A stretch of DNA of 64,000 nucleotides from Rubripirellula sp. (GCA_965216875.1 OZ244207.1:928001-992000), one strand, 5' to 3'. Counted from the first letter of the stretch, positions 20,051 through 30,595 are shown. Translations and numbers: made by a program. The notes: a model not told the origin generated them from the sequence alone.

Positions 20051-21976
20051 CTACGCCAGTGACTCGTCGAGCTCTCTTGGGTTCTGCGCGGTTGCATTGG
20101 GAGCGGGCCAAGTGAACCAGAACATCGCGCCTTCGCCCTCGGTCGATTCGACTCCAATTTCGCCGCCTGATTGTTCAACGAGTTTTTGCACGAGTGCCAG
20201 CCCCATTCCGCTGCCTTCGATTTGGCTCTGGCTGTGCAGACGTTTGAACATCACGAAGATGCGATCGTGAAATTTGGGGGCGATCCCGATTCCGTTATCT
20301 TTGACTTCGAAGCGGACGAGGCCTCCTTGCAACTCACACCGACAATCGATCCTCAGTGGATCGTCGCCTCGGTACTTGATCGCGTTGGAAAACAGATTCA
20401 AGACAACGCGTGCGAGCGAGCCGCGATCGGTCTTGATCGTCGGCATGTTCTCTTGAGTATGAACGGTCGCGTCGGCCGGCATGTCGACCAATTGAACGAC
20501 TTCGGCAACGAGGTCGTTGAGATTGGTGTTCGTTTTGTGGATCTGCTCGCGACCCACTCGTGAGTATTCCAGCAGCTCACTAAGCAATTGCTCCATGCGC
20601 CGAACGCGTCGTTTCAGCTCGTGAAGCAGCGATCGTGATTCTTCCGAGACGGTCTCACCAACGTCTTCTTCGAGCCAAGTCGCGATGTTGTCGATGGCGC
20701 GGAGCGGACTGCGGAGGTCGTGCGAGGCAACATAGGCGAACGAGTTCAAGTCGGCGTTGCTTCGTTCGAGCTCGTTCGCTTTCACGTCGAGTTCTGTGGC
20801 GAGGCGTCGAGATTCGGCGAGCAATTCTTCGGTTTGTTGATTCCGGTGTCGGAACAGGTCGGCAGCTCGTGCCATATCGCCGATCTCGTCTTGGCGGTTC
20901 AGGCCCGGGATCTTTGCGTCGTTATCGCCATCCATCAATCGTTTGAAGGTGCTCGTCATCGCGGCAATGGGGTTAACGATTCCTCGCACTGCCAGAGTCG
21001 TGACCAACGCTGAGGCGAGGATACCAACAACGGCGAACATGACCACACCGAAGGCCGAGTTGGTGGCGAGCGAGAGTGTGTCGGCCGAAAGTTGGTCGGC
21101 TTGAGCGGTGGTTTGCAGCCGAATCTGCTTGCTTTGATACAGGAACTCCGACGCCTCGCCGGCCATCACCACGTTCACGAGGTACAGGTAACCCGCGGTC
21201 GCTTGGACCGATCGAACAAATTCCGTCTCGTAGGTGCGTAGGTGATGACGAATGTTCTCGGCCTGTCGCCGAATGCTCGAGTTTTCGCTCTCGAGTAATT
21301 CGGAAAGCGACTCATGCGCATCGCCAATCAATCGTTCCGTTTCGGAGGCGTAGGACGATCTTGGATCGTTGAAGTAGCGGAGCGCGGCGATTTGGGCCGC
21401 CGAGACTTCACTCATCACCCGTTCGGCCGTGGCGACGTCTTGGGCTGGTGTGTCATTGGATTCGTTGTAGACGAAGTCACGGAGCGAGGTGAACGCGGGC
21501 TTCATGCTCTCTTCGAGCCCACGCAGCTTTTCGTTCACCCCTTTTTCACGTTTTTCGCGTTCGGCAACAACTTCCGGGAAACGTTGCATGAACGCGGCCA
21601 GGCGTTCGTGCATGACGCCCAACCGATAAAGCGTGTCGTCGTCGTTGGTGAACGATTTGGCGACGTCGATCTGTTCTTCGAGTTCGGTGCTTAGCAGTTG
21701 GATACGGGCGGGAGCGGCAGGGTCGCCGTTGTAGGAATAGGCCGAAGCGTTCCTTTGTAGTTCCAGGACGTCGCGGTCGATGGCGTCAATCATGTTTGCG
21801 AAGGAGCGAGCCCTGGCGTGGCGGTCAACGTTGCTTCGCAAGTTCAATAGGCCAAAGCATGCAAGCAACACGGCGAGCAGAAACAATGTCAACAGCGCAG
21901 CGATACTGGCGTAGATGCGCGTGCTGATCCGCATCCGCTGAAACAGCGATGTCGATGCTTCAGATGATTCGACCAC
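20051..21976 (-). CDS. Membrane sensor histidine kinase: large helical periplasmic domain, HAMP, HisKA, HATPase
   Basis: Two TM helices, HAMP (PIAAMT...RQDEIGDMARA), H-box FAYVASHDLRSPL, N-box NLFSNAIKY, DNGIGI, GSGMGLA. Start may be ATG 21934. Confidence 0.93.
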   Translation of the reverse strand: MVESSEASTSLFQRMRISTRIYASIAALLTLFLLAVLLACFGLLNLRSNVDRHARARSFANMIDAIDRDVLELQRNASAYSYNGDPAAPARIQLLSTELEEQIDVAKSFTNDDDTLYRLGVMHERLAAFMQRFPEVVAEREKREKGVNEKLRGLEESMKPAFTSLRDFVYNESNDTPAQDVATAERVMSEVSAAQIAALRYFNDPRSSYASETERLIGDAHESLSELLESENSSIRRQAENIRHHLRTYETEFVRSVQATAGYLYLVNVVMAGEASEFLYQSKQIRLQTTAQADQLSADTLSLATNSAFGVVMFAVVGILASALVTTLAVRGIVNPIAAMTSTFKRLMDGDNDAKIPGLNRQDEIGDMARAADLFRHRNQQTEELLAESRRLATELDVKANELERSNADLNSFAYVASHDLRSPLRAIDNIATWLEEDVGETVSEESRSLLHELKRRVRRMEQLLSELLEYSRVGREQIHKTNTNLNDLVAEVVQLVDMPADATVHTQENMPTIKTDRGSLARVVLNLFSNAIKYRGDDPLRIDCRCELQGGLVRFEVKDNGIGIAPKFHDRIFVMFKRLHSQSQIEGSGMGLALVQKLVEQSGGEIGVESTEGEGAMFWFTWPAPNATAQNPRELDESLA

Positions 21977-22006
21977 GTTCGTCTGCCTGGTTGATGGTGT
22001 GCATGT

Positions 22007-23263
22007 CTATGCCAAAAGAAAATCGTGCCAGCGAGGCAGACTGTACTCGTAGGTGTCCATCACCGTGTTCCAAACGGCGATGTTGCTCAAGCGTTCGATG
22101 TAGGAGCCCCCGCGCCGCCGCGCTCCTTTGCGGACACTGATTTTGTCATCCGTGCCTCGCAGGTCTTCAGCAGCCGGTTTGCCGCCGTACCAATAGTCCC
22201 ATTCGCTCGGTTTAAGGTGTTCGCGTGATCGTTCGGGATTGGAAATGTAGTAGCCTTGCCGAGCGATGAAGGCGCCTGGCCAACCCGAGAGCCACCAGTT
22301 CATGTATTCGTAGGCTGCGTCTCGATTCGGTCCCGTCGTTGCGCTCGACAAGCACATGACGCCGTGCCATGCCCGATAGCCTTCGCGCGGTGCCGCATAG
22401 ATGCAGGGAATGCCCTTGCCGTTGGCGCTACTGACACCTGGCGAAAACATACTTTGGATGACCGTATCGCCACTTGCCATCAGTTCGACCGACTGGGGAA
22501 CCGAAGTCCAGAAACCACGGAAATGACCGTTGCGTTTCAGGTCGAGTAGGATTCGGAAGAGTTCGTCGATCTCAGGACGAGAGATGTTTCCGAGATCATC
22601 GAATTCCATCAAGCCGCGAGCTTGGGCGGCCAACGCAGCGTCGAAGAGTCCGATCGTTGGTGCGTTGACCAAGGCCACGCGCCCCGACCAGTCTGGATCA
22701 AGCAACCAGCCCCAACTCTCGGTGTCGTAGGGCTTGCCTTCAGGAACGATGTCGGCGTTGTAGCCAAACGAATCGACGTTGTGCACGTAGGGAAGGAAGC
22801 TGACGTTTGAGGTTGGGTTGCGTCCGAGCGTTCCTTTGTCTTGCACGTAAAGCAGTTTCGCTGGCGCGTCTCCGAGTCCTTCACGCGCCGAGGAAACAAG
22901 CTTGCCCGTTTTGGTGAGCGAGTTGACTTCATCCCAGTAGCGAATGCGCGTTGTGTCGATCGGTTGAATCGCACTCGCTCGCCACAAGACTTGTAGGCTG
23001 TTGGACCATTGTTCGTAGAGGTCGAACGAGCCAGGGTTGGTCGAAGCCTTGTGTAAGACTTGTGCGCTGCCTCCGGGGTTGAACGTCAGTTTGATACCGA
23101 GTTCTTTTTCGGCTCGCTTCCGCAGCGGCTCTTGTAGCGTCACGTGGGTGCCCAGGACACGAACGTGGAATTCACGTTTTGTGTAGGCATACGGGATGTT
23201 TGCGCATGCGACGTTTGCGGCAATTCCGCCCACGGCCCCTTTTAGCAATGCACGACGGTGCAT
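22007..23263 (-). CDS. Tat-exported solute-binding protein (PotD/PotF-like)
   Basis: MHRRALLKG twin-arginine signal; NVDSFGYN, SWGWLLDPDWSGRV, PREGYRAW, AAYEYMNWWL. Lies 30 nt upstream of the kinase on the same strand. Confidence 0.85.
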   Translation of the reverse strand: MHRRALLKGAVGGIAANVACANIPYAYTKREFHVRVLGTHVTLQEPLRKRAEKELGIKLTFNPGGSAQVLHKASTNPGSFDLYEQWSNSLQVLWRASAIQPIDTTRIRYWDEVNSLTKTGKLVSSAREGLGDAPAKLLYVQDKGTLGRNPTSNVSFLPYVHNVDSFGYNADIVPEGKPYDTESWGWLLDPDWSGRVALVNAPTIGLFDAALAAQARGLMEFDDLGNISRPEIDELFRILLDLKRNGHFRGFWTSVPQSVELMASGDTVIQSMFSPGVSSANGKGIPCIYAAPREGYRAWHGVMCLSSATTGPNRDAAYEYMNWWLSGWPGAFIARQGYYISNPERSREHLKPSEWDYWYGGKPAAEDLRGTDDKISVRKGARRRGGSYIERLSNIAVWNTVMDTYEYSLPRWHDFLLA

Positions 23264-23590
23264 TTCTTTCCCCTCCAAATTGGTGAGACAATCTCATCCT
23301 TGCTGCCGCCGGTTGACACCCTAAGCTTCACGCATGACCTATGCGGAAATCCAAAGAAAATCGGGCGGGCTTTGGATATGGGACAATTGTCACGATTGTT
23401 TGCAGGTTGCCGCAACCCGTACGCCAGATCGCGCAAAGTGGCTGAGTCCTGGACGTTTTTGGGGTGTACAATCAACTAACCCCTCGCATTTTGGCCTTAC
23501 GTAGATTCCACCTTCACAACACAATTAGACGGGAAGTTCACACAGTCTTTCAATCCAGATCTGTGCGAAAATATCGTCGTCCGCTCTCCC

Positions 23591-24061
23591 TTGCTTACCT
23601 TAGACCCCAAGCCGGTGAACCACGTGCAAGCTTTGCAGATTTTGCTTGTCGAGGACGATGATATCGACGCAATGGCATTTGAACGCCATTTGGGCAATTC
23701 AGATCTCAGCGTTTGCATTCATCGAGTGATTGACGGCACGGCCGCGTTGGACCTGTTGCGCGATTCTGCAAAAATCGGCAACGATGCCCCGTTCGTGATC
23801 GTGTTGGACTTGAACATGCCTCGCATGACGGGCATCGAGTTTCTGGAAGAGATGCGTGGCGATCCCGAGCTGAAGCACCATATTGTCTTTGTGTTCACCA
23901 CTTCGGACGCGGCCAAAGATCGAAAGGCCTGCTTCAATCACAACGTAGCGGGCTATGTCTTGAAGAGTCGCGCGGGTGAACGGTTCCGGAATCTCGTCCA
24001 GCTGATCGAAAGCTACGTCAACGTTGCCGAATTCCCCCCCTATTCGTCGATCGAATCGTAG
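23591..24061 (+). CDS. Single-domain response regulator (Rcp1-like receiver)
   Basis: ILLVEDDDID, IVLDLNMPRMTGIEFL, VFTTS..KD...F...VAGYVLK; no output domain. Confidence 0.9.
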   Translation: MLTLDPKPVNHVQALQILLVEDDDIDAMAFERHLGNSDLSVCIHRVIDGTAALDLLRDSAKIGNDAPFVIVLDLNMPRMTGIEFLEEMRGDPELKHHIVFVFTTSDAAKDRKACFNHNVAGYVLKSRAGERFRNLVQLIESYVNVAEFPPYSSIES

Positions 24062-24084
24062 TCGAAGTGGGTAAGGCGAACTTC

Positions 24085-24182
24085 GTAGCTACGCTCGCCA
24101 GAGCGTGGAGCGATGGAGACCGGCTTGCTAATGTCACCACCTTCTGGCGAAGGTAGCTACACCCTTGCGCGTTCGGCTCACG
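24085..24182. repeat. GTAG-type REP doublet plus half of a GTGAG-type element
   Basis: GTAGCTACGCTCGCCAGAGCGTGG ... CCACCTTCTGGCGAAGGTAGCTAC, then GCGCGTTCGGCTCACG. Confidence 0.85.
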
Positions 24183-24218
24183 CGTGAAGGGCGTGTGAAT
24201 CATCTGCGAGCCGCTCGC

Positions 24219-24929
24219 TCACGATTCTGGACTGAATCGATAGCCGACCCCGTAGACCGTTTGAATGATTCGCGGCTGTTTCGGATCGAGTTCGATTCTT
24301 TTTCGCAGTTGGCTGATCGTCTGGTCGAGAGTGCGGCTATTGGGAAGGTGTCCTGCGCCCCACGCGCTTCGAAACAGGTCGCGGCGATCAACAACTTCGC
24401 CAGGGCGATTGGCCAACGCCTGAAGGATCTTGATTTCGCGCAGCGTCAGCTCGATCATCGTGCCCTCGCGTTTTGCACGCAGCTGTTTGGGCACGACCAA
24501 CAAGTCATCCATCTGGAATTCGTCGTCAAGGCAATCGCTTTCGTTTGACGATGGCGAATCGGGTAAACAACGCCGAGTGACCGCACGAATCCTGGCAATG
24601 ACTTCCTTTCCACCGAATGGTTTGACGATGTAGTCGTCGGCCCCGAGTTCCAGACCGACCACCTTGTCGATCTCTTCTGCCTTGGCCGTGATGAACAGGA
24701 TTGGCATCCGGGGGCTGGCACTTCGAAACTCGCGGCAAAGGTCATAGCCACTCAAGCCCGGCAGCATCACATCGAGGCAGGCAAGGTCAGGACGATGTTG
24801 CTGAAAGAGATGCTGCGCTTGTCGGCCGTCGGCGGCAGCGACCACGTGATACCCTTCCCTTTGCAACAGCTCAACGAGTGCGCTTCGCGTATTGGGGTCG
24901 TCTTCAGCGACGAGGATTTTGTGTGTCAT
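24219..24929 (-). CDS. OmpR/PhoB-family response regulator
   Basis: ILVAEDD, CLDVMLPG, GLELGADDYIVKPF; winged helix SRTLDQTISQLRKRIE...TVYGVGYRF. 4-nt overlap with the kinase. Confidence 0.95.
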   Translation of the reverse strand: MTHKILVAEDDPNTRSALVELLQREGYHVVAAADGRQAQHLFQQHRPDLACLDVMLPGLSGYDLCREFRSASPRMPILFITAKAEEIDKVVGLELGADDYIVKPFGGKEVIARIRAVTRRCLPDSPSSNESDCLDDEFQMDDLLVVPKQLRAKREGTMIELTLREIKILQALANRPGEVVDRRDLFRSAWGAGHLPNSRTLDQTISQLRKRIELDPKQPRIIQTVYGVGYRFSPES

Positions 24930-26536
24930 GAAGTCACCGGAAGAGTCAACACGAACAGAGCGCCTTGCGAGGTTGGTTCAAGGACGAGTTCGCCGCCATG
25001 TCGCCTTGCCGCACTGCGGGCAATGGTGAGTCCAATCCCCGTTCCGCTCGGCGCTTTGATGGAATCGTCTAAGCGTGTGAAGGCTCGAAAGATGGCCCGT
25101 CGTTTTCGACTTGGGATCCCCGGTCCATGATCTCGCACCGAGACCCGCAGCAGCGACTTATCTACTACGCTGGAAACTTCGACACGGTTTCCTTCGGCAG
25201 CGTACTTTTCGACGTTGCTTAGCAGGTTCACCAAAACCATTTCAAGGATGTCGGGATCGAACGAAACCATCGTGTTCGCGTCGAGGTTCCGGTCGATTTC
25301 GACGTCGGCATTCTCGAAACTCGGGCCGAATTGCTGAAGCACAAGTTCGATCGTTTCGTCGGGGTTGCCAGGGATGATTTTGGGACCACGTTGTCGCCGG
25401 TCGTCTCGAATCATCTCAAGCACGCCCGAAACCAAACGCCCGAGCCGGCGGCTTTCGGAATCGATCACGCCAAGACGCTGGGCAAGTTTCTGACGCGACT
25501 CGCTTTCAGGCAATCCATCGAGATCCGATTCGGCCAGTTCGGCGTAAAGGCGAATGTTTGTCAGTGGTGTGCGAAGTTCATGAGAGACCTGTCCCGCAAA
25601 GCTAACTCGGTTTCGTGCGGTCCTCATTTGACGGCCCACGCTGGTCAACACGAACGTGCCCAGAGCCAACAGGATCACACCGATTCCACCGAGCGACGTG
25701 TACAGTCCAATGGAAGTTTCTGGAATGATCAAGTCGACCGGTGTGTGGTATTCGAGCTTCCAGCTGCTGAGCGGGGCCGAGAGATTGATCTCGGCAAAGG
25801 GTGTGTCGACACAATCACCTTCATCCCCCCAGCGATAAACGATTTGGCGTGATTCATCGACCAACGCCGTGAAGCCGGGCGTTGTTTTTTTATTGCCATC
25901 GATCGATGCATCAGGCAAAGCAGCCGTCAGTTCCGATATCCAATGGACACGTTCAAGTAGAACGCCGATCTTTGATCCGTCGCTGCGATCAATCCACAGG
26001 ATCAACTGCGAACCTTCGTCCATGAACCAGACTTGCCAATAGGGTTGTCCCTTGATGGAGATCGGTGGGCTGCTGCGTGTCATTCTTGACATGCGACGCG
26101 TCGTTGATTGTGTAGCCGTATTCCCTTGATCGTCCTGTGAGTCGCTGTCGGGTCGCGCGTCGACCATAGCGGTCAGTGCAGCGTAGACCGCGATGTCATC
26201 GGGTTGGTCGGCGGTCGGACGGGGCGGATAAACCATCACCCCTCGCTGCGTGATGACGATGCCTTCGCGGACGGCGGGATCGGAGAGTTTGAGGTCGCGT
26301 AACATCTCCGCCGCGACGCGATTGCTCGAAAGAGACTTGCTGATTCGAATCGAATAGCCGTCAATCACATCCTGAAGCGATCGGTCGATTTCGCGGAGAC
26401 GTGTCTGCAGGATGCTGCGCAAGCGGTCGCGTGATAGTTGCCGCTGTTGCTGCATGGAATTGGCTGAAAGCCACCCCAGCAATAGCAATGGGGCTGCGAC
26501 AAGAGCGAGGATTGCGAAAAGGAGTTGACGCGGCAT
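24926..26536 (-). CDS. Sensor histidine kinase
   Basis: Two TM helices flanking a periplasmic domain; VSHELRTPLTNI, NLLSNVEKY, DHGPGI, GTGIGL. Confidence 0.93.
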   Translation of the reverse strand: MPRQLLFAILALVAAPLLLLGWLSANSMQQQRQLSRDRLRSILQTRLREIDRSLQDVIDGYSIRISKSLSSNRVAAEMLRDLKLSDPAVREGIVITQRGVMVYPPRPTADQPDDIAVYAALTAMVDARPDSDSQDDQGNTATQSTTRRMSRMTRSSPPISIKGQPYWQVWFMDEGSQLILWIDRSDGSKIGVLLERVHWISELTAALPDASIDGNKKTTPGFTALVDESRQIVYRWGDEGDCVDTPFAEINLSAPLSSWKLEYHTPVDLIIPETSIGLYTSLGGIGVILLALGTFVLTSVGRQMRTARNRVSFAGQVSHELRTPLTNIRLYAELAESDLDGLPESESRQKLAQRLGVIDSESRRLGRLVSGVLEMIRDDRRQRGPKIIPGNPDETIELVLQQFGPSFENADVEIDRNLDANTMVSFDPDILEMVLVNLLSNVEKYAAEGNRVEVSSVVDKSLLRVSVRDHGPGIPSRKRRAIFRAFTRLDDSIKAPSGTGIGLTIARSAARRHGGELVLEPTSQGALFVLTLPVTS

Positions 26537-26553
26537 TGGCGAGCAGAACGATC

Positions 26554-26598
26554 AAAAACGCGGCGGCGCCCCCAAACCTGCGGCGCCGCCATTGCGTT
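26554..26598 (-). terminator. Terminator-like hairpin between the VWA gene and the kinase gene
   Basis: Minus strand reads GGCGGCGCC-loop-GGCGCCGCC then GCGTTTTT, just after the VWA stop. Confidence 0.5.
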
Positions 26599-26614
26599 TC
26601 AATTCTAACAGGAT

Positions 26615-28003
26615 TTAGCGGCTCACCTTGGCGGGGACCTGCTTCGCAGTGTCGCCACGGTAAGTCTGCTGGGACTGATTGCCCAGTTGTTCCGCACGCA
26701 TCGCTTTGCGCGTTTTCTGCCATTCCGGCTCGGCGATCCCTTTGTACTGCAACTTGTTCAAGCCAATGTTCCGATTCAACTCAGGAATCACCTTCTCGGC
26801 ATCGGTTCCTTCACAGAAAGTGGCGCATTTATAGAGCTCGATCTGGTTGGTCATCAGCAGCTTTTGAGCAGCTTCGACTTGGCCTGCATCACGAAGTGCC
26901 GTGGCGCGAATGTTTCGCTCGTTTGCGATCTGGACGGCACAATAAGCGTAGGTAACCGGATCACGATCGGTTTGTACCTGCTCGCTCGATTCCGAAAAGC
27001 GGACACCGACACTGCTACTGAGTTTGTCAGTCGTTTCCGTGATCATGTTCTTGTATTCGACAGCGACGCTAACGAGGTCGTGAGTCGAATCGGCCTCCTG
27101 TGCGTCCACTTCGACTTCCAAAACGAAGTAGCGATTTTGACGCGAGTAAAGCTGGGTCAGTGGAATTCGGACGCTTTGGCCTGAGATGTCGGCTTTGGTT
27201 CCGAGGACTCGTACAGGTCGGACGCCCTTGGCGACGGTCGCTTCGATCTTGAAACTGCCAGCCACGACGCTCATCAAGTCGTTGAACTCAGAATTAAAGA
27301 CCGCGATCAGGTCATCGGCCTGTTCAATAAAGATGTGGTTGCCACTTCCCGCGAGCGCCAGACTACTCATTAGGTCTTCGTTGTAGTTCAAGCCGAGCCC
27401 CAACGTGCTGACGCTGATGCCCTGCTTGACCAGGGAGGCCCCGAGACGTTCAAGCTCTCGAGGTGATGAGGGGCCAACGTTCGCTTTGCCATCCGACAAA
27501 AGAATCACGCGGTTGACCGATTCGTCATCCAAGAATTTGCGTACTTCGGCGGCTCCCTTGCTGACTCCAGCAAACAACGCCGTGTTTCCATTGGCGGTGA
27601 CCGACTCGATTTTGCTGATGATGTCTTTTCGATCGGTCGCTTTCGTTGCCGGAACGAGCACCGTTGCTGATGAGTTGTAGAGAATCACCGACACGATGTC
27701 CGTGTCTCGCAGTCGATCGACTGCGGTGATGGCGGCTTTCCTCGCCTGAGCGATCTTCTGGCCCCGCATCGATCCACTGGTATCAATCACAATCGCCACG
27801 TTCACCGGCGGTCGGTCCTGGCTTTCGGGCAAGTCGAAACCCTCGAGCGCGATTCGCACGTAGTTGGTTTCTTTCGAGCCCGCCAGCATCGTCGGATGCG
27901 AAACGCCAACTTGAAGGCCAACTTGGCTCGCCGATGCCTGCGGCATCGATGGAGGCAGCGCGCCGGCCAACGCCAAACAGATGATCAATATCCCCAAACG
28001 CAT
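26615..28003 (-). CDS. Secreted von Willebrand factor A domain protein (YfbK-like)
   Basis: Signal-like MRLGILIICLALAGALPP; MIDAS VIDTSGSM, GNTAL, ILLSDGKANVG, GLGLNYNEDLM. ORF is open to 28072, so the start is uncertain. Confidence 0.9.
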   Translation of the reverse strand: MRLGILIICLALAGALPPSMPQASASQVGLQVGVSHPTMLAGSKETNYVRIALEGFDLPESQDRPPVNVAIVIDTSGSMRGQKIAQARKAAITAVDRLRDTDIVSVILYNSSATVLVPATKATDRKDIISKIESVTANGNTALFAGVSKGAAEVRKFLDDESVNRVILLSDGKANVGPSSPRELERLGASLVKQGISVSTLGLGLNYNEDLMSSLALAGSGNHIFIEQADDLIAVFNSEFNDLMSVVAGSFKIEATVAKGVRPVRVLGTKADISGQSVRIPLTQLYSRQNRYFVLEVEVDAQEADSTHDLVSVAVEYKNMITETTDKLSSSVGVRFSESSEQVQTDRDPVTYAYCAVQIANERNIRATALRDAGQVEAAQKLLMTNQIELYKCATFCEGTDAEKVIPELNRNIGLNKLQYKGIAEPEWQKTRKAMRAEQLGNQSQQTYRGDTAKQVPAKVSR

Positions 28004-28343
28004 GTTCCCACTCCTCATTCGTTGGTATAGCCGATGGTTGTCGGCTGTCGTCGTTAATCCTTCCCGCATCATTCAGGATTGGCCGCTTCGAATGGTCGGA
28101 TTGGTGTCAGCAGATTGTAAAAACATTGTTGGGGCAGCTAGCAGCGAGCGATTTGAACGTTCTGACCATTCGAAATCCCATTGCGAAATACCCCAACAGA
28201 CTGGAATTGGACCCGCGCATCACTGGCGGGTACACTAGTTGTCCCAGCACAGGATTGTTGGTCCCACCTCCCTCTGCCGTTGGCTGCGAACCGATCCCGA
28301 TTGGCTCGTCGCGAGCGTCACCCACCTAAAGGCCGAACGTTTG

Positions 28344-30590
28344 ATGATGGCCGAATCGAATCGAATTGCATCGTTGCCAATCATGGTGTTGGCACTCGTT
28401 CTTGCTTTTGGCGGGCAGGCGATCGCTGTCGAACCGAGTGTCGCCACCAGCAGCGTTAGTTTTGAGAACGATGTTGTACCTGTACTGACCAAAGCAGGCT
28501 GCAATACCGGCGTCTGTCACGCAAAAGCTGGCGGTGGACAGAACGGTTTCTACCTTTCGTTGCTGGGGTTTGAACCGGACGAGGATTACGAACACCTGAC
28601 CCGGGGTGGTCGTGGTCGCCGACTCTTTCCAGCAGCTCCGGATGAAAGTTTGTTACTGCTCAAGGCGACGGGTCGCGTCGCGCACGGTGGTGGCGTGCGA
28701 CTGTCATCCGATTCCAAAGCCTACGCGACGCTGCGGACGTGGATCGCCAGCGGGACGCCACGGCGATTGGTCGATGAGCCAAAACTGACTTCGCTCGAAG
28801 TCTTGCCCCATCGCGGCAATCTCGCGATGTCTGAGTCGATCCAGCTCAAGGCGATCGCCCACTACGACGATGGTGCAACGCGCGATGTGACGGAGCTTGC
28901 ACTCTTCGAAACCAACGATGTGGCCATGGCCGAGGTCGACCCGCGCGGGCATGTCACCGCGAGCGATGTGCCCGGCAAGGTGGCGATCATGGTTCGTTTC
29001 CAGGGAAAGGTTTCCGTCTATTCGGCGGCGATCCCCCTCGGTGCGCCGATCAAGGATTTGCCGCTTGCAAACAACTTTGTCGATGAGCATCTGTTCGCAA
29101 ACTTGCAGCGGATTGGGATTCCACCTTCAGAGGTTTGCGATGACGCGACGTTCCTGCGTCGTGTTTCACTCGATATCGCAGGACGCTTGCCGACCGAAAA
29201 GGAAACGGCTGACTTTTTTGGGAACGAATCGCCCGATCGCCGCGAGCAGGTGGTCGATCGATTGCTGCGGAGTCCGAACTATGCTGACTACTTCGCCAAC
29301 AAGTGGACGGCGCTGCTAAAGAATCGGCGTGATGACGCGAGCGATATCACCTCCAACTTTGCGTTTCACGCTTGGGTTCGCGACAGTCTGCTTGCCAACA
29401 CGCCGTATGATCAAATCGTCCGCGAGCTTTTGGCCGCCACGGGAACGGTGATCAGCAATCCACCGGTCGCTTGGTACAAACGAGTGAAGGAGCCGAAACA
29501 ACAGATCGAAGACGTCGCGCAACTCTTCCTCGGCGTGAGGCTGCAATGTGCCCAGTGCCACCATCATCCGTTTGAACGTTGGAGCCAGGACGACTACTAC
29601 AGCCTCGCCGCTTTCTTTAGTCAGGTCGGACGCAAACCAACGGGCACACGTGGCGAGGATCTGATTTTTCACAAGCGCGGTTTGGCCACGGCAAAGAACA
29701 TCAAGACCGGCGTCGCACTTCGACCCGCCGCACTCGGAGACACGGTTGGCGAGATCGACGCGGATCATGATCCTCGGTTGAAACTGGCCGATTGGATGGC
29801 GGGAAAAGACAACCCGTTTTTCGCTCGTGCGCTCGTCAATCGCTATTGGAAACACTTTTTCAAACGCGGTCTGATTGAGCCCGAAGACGACATTCGCGAT
29901 ACGAATCCACCCACCAATCCCGAGTTGCTCGCGGCCCTCGAGACGCACTTCGTCGAAAGCGGCTACGACCTCAAGTCTCTCATCCGGGTGATCACAACAT
30001 CGAAGGCGTATCAGCTAAGTAGTGTTCCCAACGAACACAATTTGGTCGACCGGCAAAACTATTCGCGGTACTACCCCAAGCGACTGCAGGCCGAGGTGAT
30101 GCTCGATGCGATCGATGACCTAACAGGAGCCGAAACGAGGTTCGCGAACCTTCCCCAGGGCACCCGAGCGATCGCTTTGCCCGACAACAGCTACAACAAA
30201 GCGTCGCCGTTCCTGAAGGTCTTTGGTCGACCCGAAAGCCAGAGCGTCTGTGAGTGCGAACGCGTTCAGTCGGCGAGCCTCGCACAGAGTCTGCATCTGA
30301 TCAACGCCTCGGACATCAAAGGAAAGTTGCGAGTCGCTAACGGAAGGGCGAGCGAACTCGCGAAAACCGTTGAAGGTGTCGACGACGAAGAAAAGATTCG
30401 CCGCCTCTACCTGGCCGCCTTTTCAAGGTTGCCCAGTGATGACGAAATGCGCGTCGCGATCGACTATTTGAACGAGCCATTGACGGACAAGAATGGAAAA
30501 GCGATCAGCAAGGCAGCGGCCGCAAAAGAGAATTTTGAAGACTTGCTTTGGGCACTGATCAATTCGAAAGAGTTCCTGTTTAATCACTGA
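28344..30590 (+). CDS. DUF1549/DUF1553 domain protein with Ig-like domain (planctomycete-type)
   Basis: SFENDVVPVLTKAGCNTGVCH, DDATFLRRVSLDIAGRLPT, LGVRLQCAQCHHHPF, NPFFARALVNRYW, EDLLWALINSKEFLFNH. Signal-like N-terminus after ATG 28344/28347. Confidence 0.92.
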   Translation: MMAESNRIASLPIMVLALVLAFGGQAIAVEPSVATSSVSFENDVVPVLTKAGCNTGVCHAKAGGGQNGFYLSLLGFEPDEDYEHLTRGGRGRRLFPAAPDESLLLLKATGRVAHGGGVRLSSDSKAYATLRTWIASGTPRRLVDEPKLTSLEVLPHRGNLAMSESIQLKAIAHYDDGATRDVTELALFETNDVAMAEVDPRGHVTASDVPGKVAIMVRFQGKVSVYSAAIPLGAPIKDLPLANNFVDEHLFANLQRIGIPPSEVCDDATFLRRVSLDIAGRLPTEKETADFFGNESPDRREQVVDRLLRSPNYADYFANKWTALLKNRRDDASDITSNFAFHAWVRDSLLANTPYDQIVRELLAATGTVISNPPVAWYKRVKEPKQQIEDVAQLFLGVRLQCAQCHHHPFERWSQDDYYSLAAFFSQVGRKPTGTRGEDLIFHKRGLATAKNIKTGVALRPAALGDTVGEIDADHDPRLKLADWMAGKDNPFFARALVNRYWKHFFKRGLIEPEDDIRDTNPPTNPELLAALETHFVESGYDLKSLIRVITTSKAYQLSSVPNEHNLVDRQNYSRYYPKRLQAEVMLDAIDDLTGAETRFANLPQGTRAIALPDNSYNKASPFLKVFGRPESQSVCECERVQSASLAQSLHLINASDIKGKLRVANGRASELAKTVEGVDDEEKIRRLYLAAFSRLPSDDEMRVAIDYLNEPLTDKNGKAISKAAAAKENFEDLLWALINSKEFLFNH

Positions 30591-30595
30591 TTGAC

